This document shows positions 1 through 15,700 of a stretch of 64,000 nt of DNA, in pieces. Each line of letters begins with the position of its first letter. Positions within the stretch are counted from its first letter, which is position 1. Source of the DNA: Podarcis pityusensis (Eukaryota); NCBI GenBank assembly GCA_964106645.2, contig OZ067039.1; one strand, given 5' to 3'. The translations under genes were made by a program, and so were the position numbers. The notes beneath the pieces were generated by a model. That model had not been told where the DNA came from, searched no databases, and saw nothing but the letters and a program-made list of their open reading frames with translations.

Positions 1-3000
1 TTCTCAACATTTAATGAGCCAGGTTTCCAAGATATTTATATTTACAAGATGAACCAACTGTAGTTTTAGTCTTGTTTGGCTCATAACCTATCAGGTGTTT
101 TTGGAATGAGGTCCTGAGAACAGTATGAGCAGTCGTCTCATCCTGAAATACTGCGAATATGTTTAAAGTATGTTTCTGAACCAGTTGTTAAGCTTTTAAA
201 TAAACTATTTTACTTTAAACAAGTAAACAAAAAAAAGTAATCAAACTGCACTAAATTCATGAGCTGCTAGAACGATTACACACTCATGAATGATTTGAAG
301 GGGGTGGAGGGTCGGTCTATTGACACATTTTTTGTAATTGGTCCTAGGATCTTTGCTGGAGCGGTACAGAAATATTTTAAACTACTTTTTACTCACTTAA
401 CACAGCCAAGGCAAACTTCACAGTTCCACACCCATTTTTTATAAGGTAGTCATTTCAGATGAAAATGACCAATTATATGTGCAATGCAAACCATCATCAC
501 AAACAAGAGAGCTAGGAAAGAGACACACTGATCTAGACAAGACTTATTGGACGTTTACTGCCTTCTAAGTTCAATGATCAAAACCAACAAGATTTGCAGA
601 TATTAGATGCAATTCATTCTGCTTTTCAATGGCCCTGATGTAAAGGAAAGCAGGCAACTACACCTCAGAGTCTAAAAGTGCTTTATTCCAGGTCATTTAA
701 GTTGTTAAAATACGCACTTTCTTCCTCTTCCTTCGAGGTCTGCTGGAGCTTGGCTTTACAGATGGAAGATAAAAGAGATAGTCTCAAAACTCCAAAAGGT
801 TTATTTTTTCTTCTTCAAAATTATCAAGTCTGCAATACACCCACAGGACACACTCATTTAAATCCTAGAGAGAAACATCTTCCCCAGCTCCATCCCAGCA
901 TGCAATGTCAGGATCTTAGAGTAGGGATCAAGGAGATCTTATCCACTGTGAATCTGGCCAGTGTATATTGAATGAAGGGGGAAATATGCTTTATACACCT
1001 CTTATTCATGTCCTGGAGTAGACATTTGTTGGATATTAACAAGAGGAAAAAGAGATTCAGAGACTTGTTCAAAAAGCTGCCATCTGTTTTGCCTAAGACT
1101 GGAGATAGCATTCAAATCAAGCAAAAGTATGGCATTAAGAATGTATTTATAATCAATATGACAAAGAATGCCTATTAGGTACAGACTCTGGGCTTCCAGA
1201 AAATCTTACTTGTGTTGTTTAAGGACTGGATCTTAGATTTTGAAGCCTCAGTATATAGTATAATAAACTTTAATCACTTTATTGCAAACACTAGTGATGG
1301 GTGACAAAATTTGTGCTCCTATGGAGTTGAAACTTGAAATTCCATATTATTCTACATTAAAGACTGTCTTCCCAAAAGGTTTTTGCTCTTTGTATCAGAT
1401 ACTATTTAGCATTTGAGGAATTGTGATGGTTCTGAACTAGAGTCAAACTACATACCTTTAGCAGTAACTACTGGTCATAGACAAAAGTTTATGATGGTTT
1501 TGATATAACAACAGCAAAAAAACCAGAAGTTTTGTTTACTTTTGTGAAGTAAACAAAGAACAATTCTATGCATCTTTACTCAAAAACCAAGTCCCAATGT
1601 GGTCAATGGAACTCACTATAGCCATGATGTAAAACAATCAATCTCTCTTTTTTCTTACTGCAACAGTTAATCCAAACTAACCATAATCAACACATTTCCT
1701 CCTTTATACTTTTTATGAAAAAAGTTTTAACCCTCAATTATCTTTCCAACAAACAGGCACCACTGGTTTGAGAGTTTTCTATTTTTAAAGCTACTAAAAG
1801 CTCCTGTGTCATCTGCTGCCTTTGTCTAACATTTGTGACTGTTTGAGTTTTGATGCTTGGTGCTCTAAACACCAACTGCAACATCCACATTTATGTCCTG
1901 TTCAGCTTTTGAACCTTTTGCTCCTTTAGCATTTCTTCAACTGACACAAAGTCAAAGATCAATTTGCCAATGCCTTCAAATGGCTCTTCTCCTGATCCGG
2001 CCTTCCCAAAATTTTAGTGTGTTCTCTGGTTCTCACACATACACCCTTCTCTTAGAATCAAACCTGAACAATATCACTGTTCAGAAATTCACAACTGGTT
2101 TTTTAGCTACTATTTTGGAATGAGAAAGCCTAGAGTCCCCTGCTGTGGCTTTCATGACACAAAGCTTCATTTTGTAAAGTACTGTAGGACTTGCATGAAA
2201 TCCAAGCCTTTTTTGGTTGTGTGTCACACATATTGTGAGGGAATCTACAATGGAATAAGAAACTGGAATGTTTCAAGCTGCAAATGTTAGTGAATATCCT
2301 CTCTTCAGGCACCAAATATTTTCCTTCTGTTTGGAAACAAACAAAAAAATGACCAACAAAATGGAGTCAATTGTCATTCCACTGCACAACCATGCAGGAT
2401 ATGCATTTATCTTCCAAAAATACTCTTCCTTTTATACAACATTAATTTACACTTACAGCCTGTTATGTGAGCTGTGCTGTAATTCAACTGAAATATTCTG
2501 AACATACGCCACAGGTTATTAAAATAAACCAGTAATGGATGCTGTAGGCAAAACGTTACAATCTGCAATTAGCTGTCCCATGGTCAAGAAGGTTGCTTAC
2601 TGCAGTCAGGTACAGACTCATTCACAACAACTAGTCTAGTTTAGCTCCATACTTTCAACAAGGATGCATGCCCAGGGCTAATTTGGAAATCATTTTTTAC
2701 TTCTAGCTTTAGTAAATTCTACAAGAAAAGAAAATCAAAGTAGTATGAATAGTACCATCACCTAACAAAGTAATACAAAGAATGCAAGACAGATCATTCC
2801 TCTTTCAATCTCGTATTTCACAGGCATAACAATTTCAGTGCTACAGTAGCTTTAAGCACACTCCTCTTATACTGGATACGATTACAGATGGTCACTTATA
2901 CCAGACAGAAGCTGGTAGCTATTTTCCATAAATGGCAATTTATTTGAAAATACAGCTCAAGCCATGTCAAAATTGCCAAATGGGTGCAACTTTGCAACTA

Positions 3001-3564
3001 GACACTACAGAACAAAGGACTGATGACTAAGGCTACAATTTACATTGCCCATGTGTAATATTGGACAAATTGAGTCTGTACTAAGGATAAAAGGAGAGCA
3101 CTTATTGATCCTTCTTCGGCATGAAATGTAACAAGTAATAGCTTTGATTCATTTGCACAAGGCTTCTGAGATCTGCAGTGGTTAGAAGAAAACATGACAT
3201 TTAAGTCAGTTGATGATTCACATAGTATAGTAAAAGTCACTGATATTTCCATGGCTGTTAAAAGTCTGTATCCTGCAAATACACAAATATCCAAAAAGGC
3301 ATTAAACAAGGGAGGTACCCAGCCCTCAATTTTAATAACCTATACAACACCCTCCTTCACACTTAAACTTCAAGGTCAGAAAGCTAAGTACTTCACAAGT
3401 AGCGGTTCTTCAGCTAATTCAGATCAACTAAGAGAATGGCATGTCTAAACATAATTGTGAGACGATCTATCCTACTCAAAGAGTATTTTTACTCTGATCT
3501 TGTCAAAGGACATTACTGAGCTCCTAGTCTTTTCCCCATAAAAAAAATCAGAACTGTTTTGTAC

Positions 3565-3704
3565 CTGTGAGGTTGACATGCGTGAGGTATCTTGTCGGCC
3601 TGTTAAATCAGACGAGGAGATATTGACAGGGGCCCCACGATGCAATCGCATACTCACTTTCCGTTCTCTCTCCATTCCAGACACTGGCCGAGGAGATGTG
3701 TTTG
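3565..3704 (-). CDS. CSNK1D: CSNK1D exon 8
   Basis: [46 protein letters not shown]; 140 nt, donor GTACAA. Confidence 0.95.
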
Positions 3705-6700
3705 CTGACCAAAATAAAAAGTAAAACTTAATTTTGTGCCTGTATTTACTAGACAAAATAAACTATTGCAATAAAGGGAAGCCGACAGAGGCATCACTTT
3801 ATAAGCACCTTCATAATGTCAGAACTATTAAACCCACAAGGCAATCAGTCCCCTTTGAAGCCTAACTAGGGAGAGGCTTGTAAGTCAAGAAATTAATGTT
3901 ATAAAATACTGTTCTTAAATGTTGAGGGTAGGATTCAAAGATAAGCATGCCAAAACGGGCTAGAATAAGAAGAATTTCCTACCCCCCGGCCCCCTAAAAG
4001 CCTTGAGGTGTTGAATGGAGTAAGCTGTGGCGCAAGAGGAAGTGATTAACTAGAAGGCAGCCCACCTCAAGGCATTCTTTGGCTTACCTGTATGTGAAGT
4101 TGGGGTAAGAGGGGTTGGTGGAGCTACATCTTGTGTCCCCCTCAGCCTGCCAGAGGCAGTGGAAGGTAAGCCACGAACTGCAGGATTTCGTGTGTGTCTC
4201 AGTCTTTCTTCTCTCTCTCTTCGTTCACGCTCAGCATCTTCGACTGCACGGCTTGCACCCTGCAAGAACATGTAATTTGGCATTATACCAACATTTGGAA
4301 TCAATTAGTTAAAAACCTGTATTCAGTGTTGAGAGTAGTTGCAGTGTCAACGCTACACTGCTGAGCTTATCTGGACCACTGAAAGACAGTCAGAAGGAAA
4401 AGCAGACCCTGGGTCCAAATCAGACACAGACTCAGAAGGTAGCAGGTTATTCTCTCAGCCCCGTACCTATTTTTAAAAAGGGAAATGAATGGTGATCACA
4501 ATATTTTTTTACTTTTTAACAGGATTTAGTTTTTTATATATAAAAAATACTTATTTGCCACAATTTCATAAAATATTACCTACTAAGAGCAGACATGGAA
4601 CAAATCCATGATGCCAGAGGATGTGGAACTTGCAATTGCTAACAAGATACAAAGAAAACACCTGGGTACCTATAGTATTTGGCCAAAATAGCTCAAAGTT
4701 GGAAAATACATTTGTTCAAAGCTGCTGCACAACACTTTTATGACTACACTAAAAACAAAAGAACAGTGGTAGCATCGGACAATATTTTTAAAGAAAGGCA
4801 GTCCTGACGTCTTTCTTCTTCTACAGCAGCAAAGAATAAGGGGATTTATGTTGATGATTCTTGGAAATCAGTCACAAATATTCAGCCTGGTAGCTACCCA
4901 AAGTAGAGAGGAGAAATAGCAGATGCTGGTTTACTTGGCAGATACCTCCAGTATTGGAAGTGCATGCATCTGAATATCAGGTGCTGGGGAGAGTGCTGTT
5001 GTGCTTAAAGTTGGTTACCGTGAGAAAATTACACTTCTTATATTCTTGGCTTTGTCAGCTGGAAGAAAGTATTTTAGCTCCACTGAATCCAATGCTATCC
5101 TCGATGTACTGCACAATCTCCATATATACAAAATGCTTAACAATTTGCTTGATCAAACAAACAAACACCGTACTACAGAGAACACTATCCATGTTGCATT
5201 CTTATTCGCAAAAAGTGTGAAGCAAAGCAACAATTTCCCTGAAACCCATGTGTTGTAGTTCTGAAGTCACTGTTAAATAAAACAACAAAACCAAGTGTGG
5301 AATGAACACCAGCAAGTTATCACCTAACACGTTTTGCCTTTTCCTGATGTCTGCATAATATTTACTAATGTTACAATAGAATTAGAGAGGGAAATGCAAC
5401 AGCTGAAACAGAAAGTGTGAAACTGGACTGGAAATCAATGGTTCAGAAACAAAATGGATTATGGGAGACTTCATAACACTGGTCGTAAGCAGCTAACAAA
5501 TTATTCTGAAGGCCAGTTTAGGGTGCTTTGCTGCCACATTTAAAGCCCCAAGGGACCTGGAGGCCAAATACCTGAAGGAACACTTCCTTCTCTATCAGCC
5601 TACCAGGTCATTAACATCTGTAGCGGAGGTCGCATTTGTGCTTCCATCACCAAGTGAAGGTTAGGTGGTTGTGGTGCATAAGACCTTCTTGGTGGTGGCT
5701 CCTCACCTATGGGATGACTTCCTCCCTGCTGACACACATATTGCACCAATATTATCTGCTGGGTCGACAAGTGAAGACACAGCTCTTTGCCCAGGCTTTT
5801 GAGAGGGGGTTAGGCACACTTTTGGAAACTGCAAAAAGGCAGGCAGAATAGGGAATTCTTAACAGAATAAAGTAATTACCTGATGATGAACTATCTCACT
5901 GAAAAGATACCCCTATGATCTATGGTGTGAATGATGTACAAAATATTTCTTCATTATCATGAAGAAATGTGACTGCACATGAGTATAACAGATCAATATA
6001 GACCAGCTTTGGTTCCAAGAACTGGTGTACAAGTCACACCACATGGCCTTCTAGCAAGGCTTCTGCCTCAGAGTGGATTTTCAGGGATCAAAATGCCTTG
6101 GCAAACCTAAAATGTACTGAACTGATCCAAAGGCAGTTTTTTCCCCCTTTTGGTCTGTAATGTAACCATGCTCCAGACGGAACAGAATGGTGTGACATCA
6201 ACTTGTATCACATTTGCAGAAGAAAGAATGACTAACACTGAGATACAGATATTCAATAGACAGAGTCTATTAGGGAAGGACGAAAGATGGATGCAACTCA
6301 CAAAGAATGGTATATTGAATCTCAGGAGTATGAAATGCATATGCCAATTATTGTGCAACATCTCATACACACTGAGTTCTTTATATTTAAAAAACATAGT
6401 TAATTTTATTTTAATCATATATGTGTGTGTAAATCAGAAACCATGGAGAGATTCACCTTACTTTATTCAAGTACCTGAGAGAGTGGTCTCTGACCCCATG
6501 AGAGTCAGAGAGTCCTCTGCCGATACGTAGACTTCAAAAGATTTTTATGCATAGTCACGTGAAGTACAGGGTTCACTTCCTTAAAATTAAATGGAAGGTA
6601 CAAGCAAAAGTTTCAACATGTTTCAAATTTTTCTAAAAGAAACTGTTTACCCTGCGTAGCAATACTTCCCTGTTCTAGGCAGCTTGTGGTTACATGTGAA

Positions 6701-9700
6701 AGCAAAACATTGCAAATGCTTGTTCTAGTAGCTAAGCGGTGAGCTTTACCATTTTTTCTGTATGCTGCTTCTCAACCAGGTCAGAGTCCATCCTGTTTTA
6801 ATCCTAAATCCCCAACCAAACTTATTGATTTCTCTAACAATGAATGCACCTACACATAGATATACAGACCCAACATCCAAATAGTGTTTTGTTAATAAAA
6901 ACTAGAAAAGGTAGCAAGGTTTTTGCTTTTGGAAGAAACAAGAAACACTTTGGAAATCCAACTAGAGCCACTGTCACAAGCATACAATATTTATTCTTTC
7001 TCGTCTGTCTTGCTGTAAATACAAAATGTCAGGCTTTTTTTCTGTTTTAAAATAGGATCTCTCGCTAATCAAAAAATCTAAACAAAATGTGAGTACTGAA
7101 AGCCTGCAAATGCAGTACAAATTTATGTCTTCTCTTTGGGTATGTGACTTCTATCTTTGGAAGTACGGTTGCTAATTACGAAGCCTTCCAAAGCTTCCAA
7201 GTTTTTGCTACAAGGTAAGTGACCGCAAGCTGACCACCAAAGTAATGCAGTTATATCATAAATTTTAATGTCATTCTACAGTTATCTTACAGCTTCCATA
7301 CCTTCTGGTCATTACAAATTATAAAATAGCTGAAGACAACACCCAGAGAACCCATTTGGTCCCCCAGTGATTATGGTAAATGTGCACAACCTCTTACAGC
7401 TAGGCAAAGAATGAGGCAACATCAGATCATCAGCTTTGATTATTTACAATTGGATACATTGCTAGCTGCCACTCATATATATAGATCCCCAGTCTTCAAG
7501 GATTTACAGAGGCATCCCAAGCCTGTTTACTACAAAGCAAATCGCCCTGTTTCAATGTAGCTTACTCCCAGGTGAGTGCTCACAGATTTGCAGTTTGATA
7601 CTTTAACCACTAGTCCTGTTATAAAGCTAAAATTGGTTTCAGTTTCATTGCTTGTAACAGTTCACACCAAACTGCCATTTGCTACAAACATGAACAAGCA
7701 CTGTGAAATATATTATTTCACCTCCAGCACTTAATGTCAGATATCAAGCTCTCACTCTGTTTTCCACAATTAAAAAAAAAATTAAGTTAGCAAGTACTGA
7801 CTACTTACAAATTTCAGCATGTTCCAGTCAAATACATAGTCATAGGAGAAGCCTTGTCTGTGGAAGAGGTTTCTGAATAATTGCCTTAGATATGAATAAT
7901 CCGGTTTGTCATCAAAACGCAACGAGCGGCAAAAATTCAGGTATGTAGCAAATTCAGCTAAAAAGAAATGAGAAATCCTGATGTTATTGTAAAGTCAGTG
8001 CAAACAACAATATCCAGCACAGATTCATCAGCTCATCTGCTTTCCAAAGTATTGGCTCAATGCTTCTCATAGTAACCAAGGTGACAGAACCGTGAACTGC
8101 TTTTCCCATATGTAATCAGGAAGTGATATGCCTTTTTTCACATGCAGCACAATCCTTCATGACTGTCAGGGAAATTACTAGGCTACAACGGCAGAGGCAA
8201 CCTGCAGAGGAGTGTAGAGAGCCCTATTCTAGTCCACAGTGGTATAAACAATAGAAAGATTAAGTATGGTACAAAAGTTAGCAGGTTGCTGAACTAGGAT
8301 CTGGCAGATCAGGGTTAAAATCCCCACTCAAGCTATGAAGCTGTGTGACTTTGGACCAGTCACTGTCTCTCAGTCAAAGATGTCTCACAAGGTTGCTGTG
8401 AGGATAAAAAGGACACAATCATGTATGCCACCGAGTTCCTTGGAGGAAAAGTACAATATAACTGTAATTCATAAATGCAATAAAACAAACAAAACAGAGA
8501 GAGAGATATTTCTTTTTAAAGCAACGACTGGTAACTTATGCACTGTGACTGAACATGTGCTGACTGAACATGTAACTCATTTGTTCATCATGGTAAGCTG
8601 CTCATTGAATACCAAACAGTGTAGACAGAGAAAAATCCATACATATGCAGCACCTTGGAAAGAGGGGAAGCACAAAAAAAGGGGGGGGTGTTGAAGTTGT
8701 TTACAAAGCAGCCAAACAACATACCTTCATTTAACCATTAAATGAAATTTTAACCAAATAACAAGAAAGCGTTAGTACATACAAATAAGAGCTAGAATAA
8801 TTTCTAAGATAGAGAGGTAACAGAAAATGTAACATCAAGTTAATGTAAGTTTCACTGAAGAGTTAGCTTTGAAATCAATACTGAAGACATCTATTTCAGA
8901 GAATAAACTTACAAGGGTATCCTTTACACAAAACCTCAATGGGTGTGGACATTTTCTTTTCACTGATGCGTTCATATTTCTGTCTTTTTGTAGCTGCCTT
9001 CAATCCCTGCCAGGGGAGGGAGCCCAGGTTAAAATACATGAGTACATAGCCCAAGGACTCCAAGTCATCTCTGCGAGATTGTTCTACAAGGAGTAGAAGA
9101 GTGGAGCCATTAGGTTCTATCACCTGGTGAAATGGTTCAAATATGCTTAAAGCAAAAATTACACAACAAAGATCTTACCTGCAAGAAAAACATTGTTAAA
9201 TAGTTAATTTAAACCTTGCCAATAAAATCAGTATGAAAAATGGTTTACTCTTGCAATTATCCAACAATTATTCCTAAAGAATCCCATACTGGAAACTGTT
9301 CAAATCGCCATATAGGTCCATACCACAACAGAAATACAGAATCATTCACCCACAACACTTGCCGATCAACCAGGGTTTTACAGCTTTGAACGTAAAGGCA
9401 ACCATGATTTAGTTGCTTCTGGCTCCTTCCTGCCCCAAATCCTCTGAAATGAGGAGAGAAGGTGGATCTTATTTCATTTTGCTTGAACCTTTTACAGTCT
9501 CTGAATGCTGCTCCTACCATGCTAGTGTGAGGAGACCTCTCCCCAAGCATCCCCTGAAATTCATGGAGAACTCTGGGGAGGGGCGCAAAGACATCTGTGG
9601 AGCCCTGCAATCAACCAAGGAAATTCAAGCCACAGTGCCAAGAACAGACATACTGCAGAAAGCTGCTAACGATGATTCACACCACTGAGCCAAGTTGCAA

Positions 9701-12700
9701 GCTTAGCCACAATTTCTTGACACAGGCTGCAGTGAAAGGCACAGTGTTCTCCAACCCATATCTCTCAGGACTATAATCTTCTTTATGGTAAAGTTCTTTG
9801 TTGTTGTGCCATTGGAAACAGCTTCTAGCAAGGCAAGTTTTATGTCTGCATGCAAGTGGAGGCAAACAGAAACAAAACAAATCCTGAGATAACTTTTACA
9901 AGCTTGACCTGAAGGGAAATTTCTTCTCGATCCCATATATGGTAGTCTGACCCCATGAAAAAATCTACCAAGCTATCCCAATGGAAGTTTATTGGATGAA
10001 ACACTCCCAACATCTTGTTTGAGGCTGTCACATGCATTAGAGAGCATGACCATTTGATTTGTTTCACTGATGCACATACAGCGCAATCCTAACAACATCT
10101 ATTCAGAAATAAGTCCTACTGGATTCAACAGGGCTCACTCCCAGATCAAAGCCCCCTTTTTTCAATGGTAGCCAGAACAATTTATTTTATCCAGGTGTCT
10201 TATTGCATGAACATTCCTACAACAATAACCAAAATAATCTGCTACCAGCTCACCAATTCCAAGGTGAGTGTTGATAGAGGCATAGCGGGCGGTTCCTGTT
10301 AAATTTTTATTTTCACGATATGGAATGTGCTGGTGCGTTCGAGCATCCCGATATTTCTTGGCCAGCCCAAAATCTATGATGTAGACAAGATTGCCCTTCT
10401 TGCCTAATCCCATCAGGAAGTTGTCAGGCTTTACATCTCGGTGGATGAAGTTCTTCGAATGAATGTATTCTATTCGGCTAATCTAATTGCAGAAAGACAT
10501 AATTTCAGAATTACAGCATATAAAACCTTTCAAAAACAACCAGCTGCTCCTTTATATTGGGCTTTAATACTAAAATCCTACTTTGATAACGTTTAAGCTT
10601 AAAAGCTATTTGCTTGCTTTATTATGCCTGCATTATTTATTCTACTTAACCCCCTTTTTAAAATACCACAAGCCAGTTTAACTTGTTTCTAACTGTGCAA
10701 CTGTACACATGACAACTAGGAAGTAAGTCTAATTAAGATCAATAGGATTTACTGCGAGGTACGTGTGTATAAGATTGCAGTCTAAGTGGCTTTCCTCCTA
10801 GGTCTTTTAATGAAGCAAGAATTAATGTCTTAACTGGATCTCACTTTGGGCACTGACAGGGTGACATCCCCCCCCCCAAAAAAGAGCTGTGTAGGGATCC
10901 TGAGGGACATCTAGTCCAACACCCTGCAATGCAGAAATCTCAACTAGAGCTTACATGACAGATGGCTATCCAACATCTGCTTAAAAACCTCCAAGGATCT
11001 TCAACTAGGTAAGATTGAGTTTTGGCTCTAAAGATTTTGCTGTAACAGCAGTACTACTACATTAGACCAATAGTTGCCTCCAAGGCTGAAGCCAGAGAGC
11101 CCTTGGCATAGTGCCAACAATGAGCCCTCACTATATCTACTTCCAATCAGGTCATGGCCCAATCCTTACCTATAGACCTACAAAATCAGTAAGGCAAGAC
11201 AATACACTCTGAGTAACTTCAAAATGGCAGGTGACCACTGAGGGTGAAAGGTAAGCTTGGCTCCTATTTAAAAGCAGAAACACTGTGTACTGCTGAAAAA
11301 TATTGGTGGGTCCAGCAGGGAAGATGGTGAATGGTGCTGCGGCTGGTCCAGTGAGGGGCTCTCTTCCAAGCCCCTGGGAGCCTCAGCCAGTGCCCAAACT
11401 GTCTGACTACTGACCCTGGCGTCATCTAGCACCATTGCTATATCATTTCAGTCCCACTTGCTTGCATAAAGCATGGTTTCCAGATGCTTCAAATGGTAGC
11501 AGTACACATAACTGGAATATTTACGGTCCTGCTGTTTTACTTCAACCTTTCTGAACCTAAAGGTTTAAAAATGGACACACATACAGACATCCTAATAGCC
11601 ATTAGAGAAGATATTATTCGCGGACATATTTAGTTCTTATTGTCTTCTATGTCTGTGCAGAAGTACAAACCAAGAATGTCTTCACACTTATTTTGGAAGA
11701 ACAATTCACAAGTTGATTTATATAACATTTTCAGGAAGTTATTTATTATGCATAAACTGGCCAATTTTTTGTGGCAGCAAAGTTTTAAATACATATAGGC
11801 TCAGATTCTGCAACTTGATCCTAACATAAAGTTGAAGAATCTGTAAAACTTGATGTGTTGACTGTTGTTACCCCTTGAGGGAAAGATTAGCTTTTAAAAT
11901 AATTGCAAACCCTCATGTCAAGAGATAGATAAGGAATGTAGCCTAACACACTAGAAACGGGTGAATGCTTTAGAATCCAGCCCAACAGCCACTAACTACA
12001 CAGCCTCTCTTTGCAACCCTGAGAACAATCCATTTTGGAAAAAGTATGTATTTTAAAGAAGCACAAGCATGTTTCCCACTGCAGCTAAATTGGTCTGATT
12101 CACACTGGCAAAAATAACTTTAAAAGCATTATTTGTACTGGACACATTTTATTTTCTGGTATATGAAGAGAATAGCTTAAGTGGTAGGCTTTCTACCTGC
12201 CCTCTGAAAGAAAGGAGTCCCAAATTTTGTTCCATATAAGACAATTATTTATAGAATGCAGAGAGGATTTAAGGAAGCCCTCCTACCCAATAATCAAGAC
12301 ATGCAAAGATTTTAATACCATTTGGTCAGCAAGTAAAAGGACTGTCTTGAGGCTGAATTTTCTTGAACAGAAGTTAAAGAGATCTTCAAGGCTTGGTCCC
12401 AACAACTCCATCACCATTACATTGTAGTCACCTTCAGCACCGCACCATTTGATTGTGGGAATGCCCACTAGAAAAAAGGGGGAAAATTACTATAGTATTT
12501 TGTGAAAACAGAAGGTATCTGCACAAAATATGTATGACACACCCACAGATTATTATCTAAATTACAGCACATTTTTCTTCCTGAAAAATGTATGCATTTG
12601 GGGGGGAGGAGATGGGGGGAAGAGACTGGAACTGGAGGAAGGTCCTGGGACACCTTGTATAGATGTGCTTCCAATGGGATGTGATCTTCTCCTTCTATCT

Positions 12701-15700
12701 AAGTACAAGTACTCCCTATTAAGAAGCCAAAAGGGAGGGAAAGACCATTGTTGTGCTATGAATCCTAACTATCAGGCGTCAAATTAGTCTACAGTAGCTA
12801 TGAATACTCAGAATTCAACAAATATTTTATAGCATATTTGCATATGACATTTTAAATCTGTGCTATTTAACCTGGGCTCAGAAATTATGAGGTTCCCTTG
12901 GTTACAGCTTCAGAAGATTCCCCCCAAATAAGTTCTGAGAGTTGCTCAATTCTTTCACCACTACCTGCATTCCCCACTCTGACTAATATTACTATGTCAT
13001 AATTCTAGGTAATTAAAGCTAGAAGATCAGAATAAAGAACACTTTAAACAAGAGATGGGTAACCTCTGACCCTCCAGGTGTTGTTGGACTCCAAGTTGCA
13101 TCAGCTCTGGCTAGCAAGGTGATTGGCAGGGGATAATGAGAGATGTAGTCCAGAAACATTGATTTCCCACCCCTACTTTAAAATAATCTGAATCATGCAA
13201 GCAGCTGGCTCAGTGGTTACCAGCACAGAGCGGAACTGTGCCAGGTCTGCATTTGGCTTCTCTCTCCAGCATTGCAAGATTGTATGAGTAAGAGCACATT
13301 TATTTATGCATCATCTAGAGTAACACAATGCAGAACTGTAATGATATCTGCTGAACCCCATCTCCAGAGTATATTTGCCTAACTTGGGGAAGGCACATTC
13401 AGGTACTCTGCAATGGACAATGCTACTCATCCGAAATGAGTAGCAAATTACAAGACTTGCAAGAACTATGCCCATGTAGTTAACTGTTGTCAGTTAACAG
13501 ATCCACACTCAAGGTTATAGCAAAGCAAATGTAATAATTTTTGTGCCTCTGAAACTATAAAAAGCAGTTTGCAATTACTGAGAAAAAGTATAGGTCCAAA
13601 CAAGAAAGCTTCTCACGAAGTTCAAGAGTGAAATGGTATCTTGCCTATATGGTATCTCATGCAAAGACCATGCCTTTAAGTAAAAGGATCTGCCCAGTTT
13701 TAAGATTGTCAAACCAGGATTGACACTACTGTCAGAACATAATTTCAATAATATATATATCTCATTTGTGTGATTGAAAACCTCTCATGTTCATGATCTA
13801 CAGTTCAAGAGTTCCTTTCTTTTAACATTACAACTCAGAAATATGTCACAGATAAACAACAACTTGATTTGCATTTAAGTAATGAGCAGACAGGTTGAGG
13901 TAGTATTGGTAATCCACGGGCTCAGAGGGTAACTCTTAGGGAAGCAATTGTTTGTCAGCCTCACAACCCCCTGTGTAAACAAGAGCCTACCTTATTAGAA
14001 CATTGAGAATGAAGACTAAAACTGAAGTCCCACCCATACTTACTTAGGATTAAAGACTCAATGAACCCAGTGCTACTCTTATTTCTAAGAAAGCACATTT
14101 AGGATTCTACTGCTGTAGCTCCCTAATGCATGGCAGGAAGGTAACCATGAAATCACTTGTGCACATATGCAGTGCTATCTGCCTTCTTCAGTTTATAGCT
14201 AGAACATTAGTACCCATATGACTTATCAGCACAGGTAATTTTTACCTCCACCCTGCATCATTTTGTAAATTTTGCTTTCTATATGGAGTTGAGGATGTTT
14301 GGTTTTCACACATTCCAATTTGATGGCAACCTCTTCTCCAGCAGCAATGTCAGTCCCTAAAGGAGAGAAGAAAACACAACTTCAAAATCCAAGACTATCA
14401 AACATGAAGTAACCAAAGAAATTGCTTATACACCCTGGCAATGTGTGTAACAGTTGCTGGCATCACAAGGTAGTTGTACGGAATAACCAAGAAGGGGGGT
14501 GAACCATGCAAGCCTTGGAGAAAAAGGTGGAGATGTCAGTCGCCAACCTGGCATCTAGAGATCTCCACGTGGTTGCAATTGTACCCACATCAGGAGCAAA
14601 ATGCGCCTGGTGCCTAGCTAATTTCTAACACTGCATGTGCATTCCCCTCATGCTTTTGAACTGATATAACTTGCATTGGTAGTGTCACCTATACATTACA
14701 GGCAGCCCTGTTTACACATGTTCAATATGTGTATGACCCAGAAATGTCATAAAGACATCAGTGAAATATCTCTAAAAGGGTGGAACACGGGCAGGGCAGA
14801 GGTGGAATGGTGTGTTTGCAGGCTTTTTCAATGGGTTTTAATTATACACAATTTCACTGATGCATGCGGTGCCCGGGAACATAACCCACGCGTAAACAGG
14901 ATACAATCTAGGCAAACTTAAGCCCATTTAAGTCTTAGTGATTTCACAGTGGGTTGTATCCAAGGGTGTCTGCAAGTGAGCAGAACAGATTTCCTCTTGT
15001 GCAACTGGACTTTTCTTTTCTCCCTCCTGCAGTTCCCATGCCATATACCCTCAAAAACTGCTTTGGAGGTTTGGGGGAGTCTCCAGAGAAACCTAGGGTG
15101 TGCGCAGCTGGCTGCAGGGGGGAAAGATAAGAAGATGAAGTCCTGTCCACAAGCCCATTCACACATTAGCCCTTCATCAAAATCAATGGGACATAAGGGC
15201 TCTAAAATGATGGTTAAGGTTCTACATTCATCTGTTGTGTGCAAAAGCAATTCCTTAATTTATAAACAATGATTTCAATAGGTTTCTTATTACTCAATTT
15301 CTCAGTATCCACTAAGTTGCGTTTTGTAATGCAGCATGTACTGTACTACAGTATCATGAGCACCTGCAGATTATGTCCTATTTAATATACACAAGTCAAA
15401 GGGAATTTATTTATTTCATAAAATTTATACACCACTTGATTGTAAAAAACCTCAAAGCAGTTTACAAAAGATAAAATAGTAAAATCAAGGAAATTTCACA
15501 ACCATACTTAAAAACATATAAAAGTTAAAATGCTAAAGCAGACTGAAATTACCTCAACTTTCTAAGCATCAGGGTAGGCTTGTTTAAACAAAAACATTTT
15601 TAGCAGGTACCAAAAAGAGTACAGTGAAGGCACCTGCTTGATCTCAATAGGCAGGGAATTCCAAAGTGTAGGCACTGCCACACTAAACAATCACATTCTT

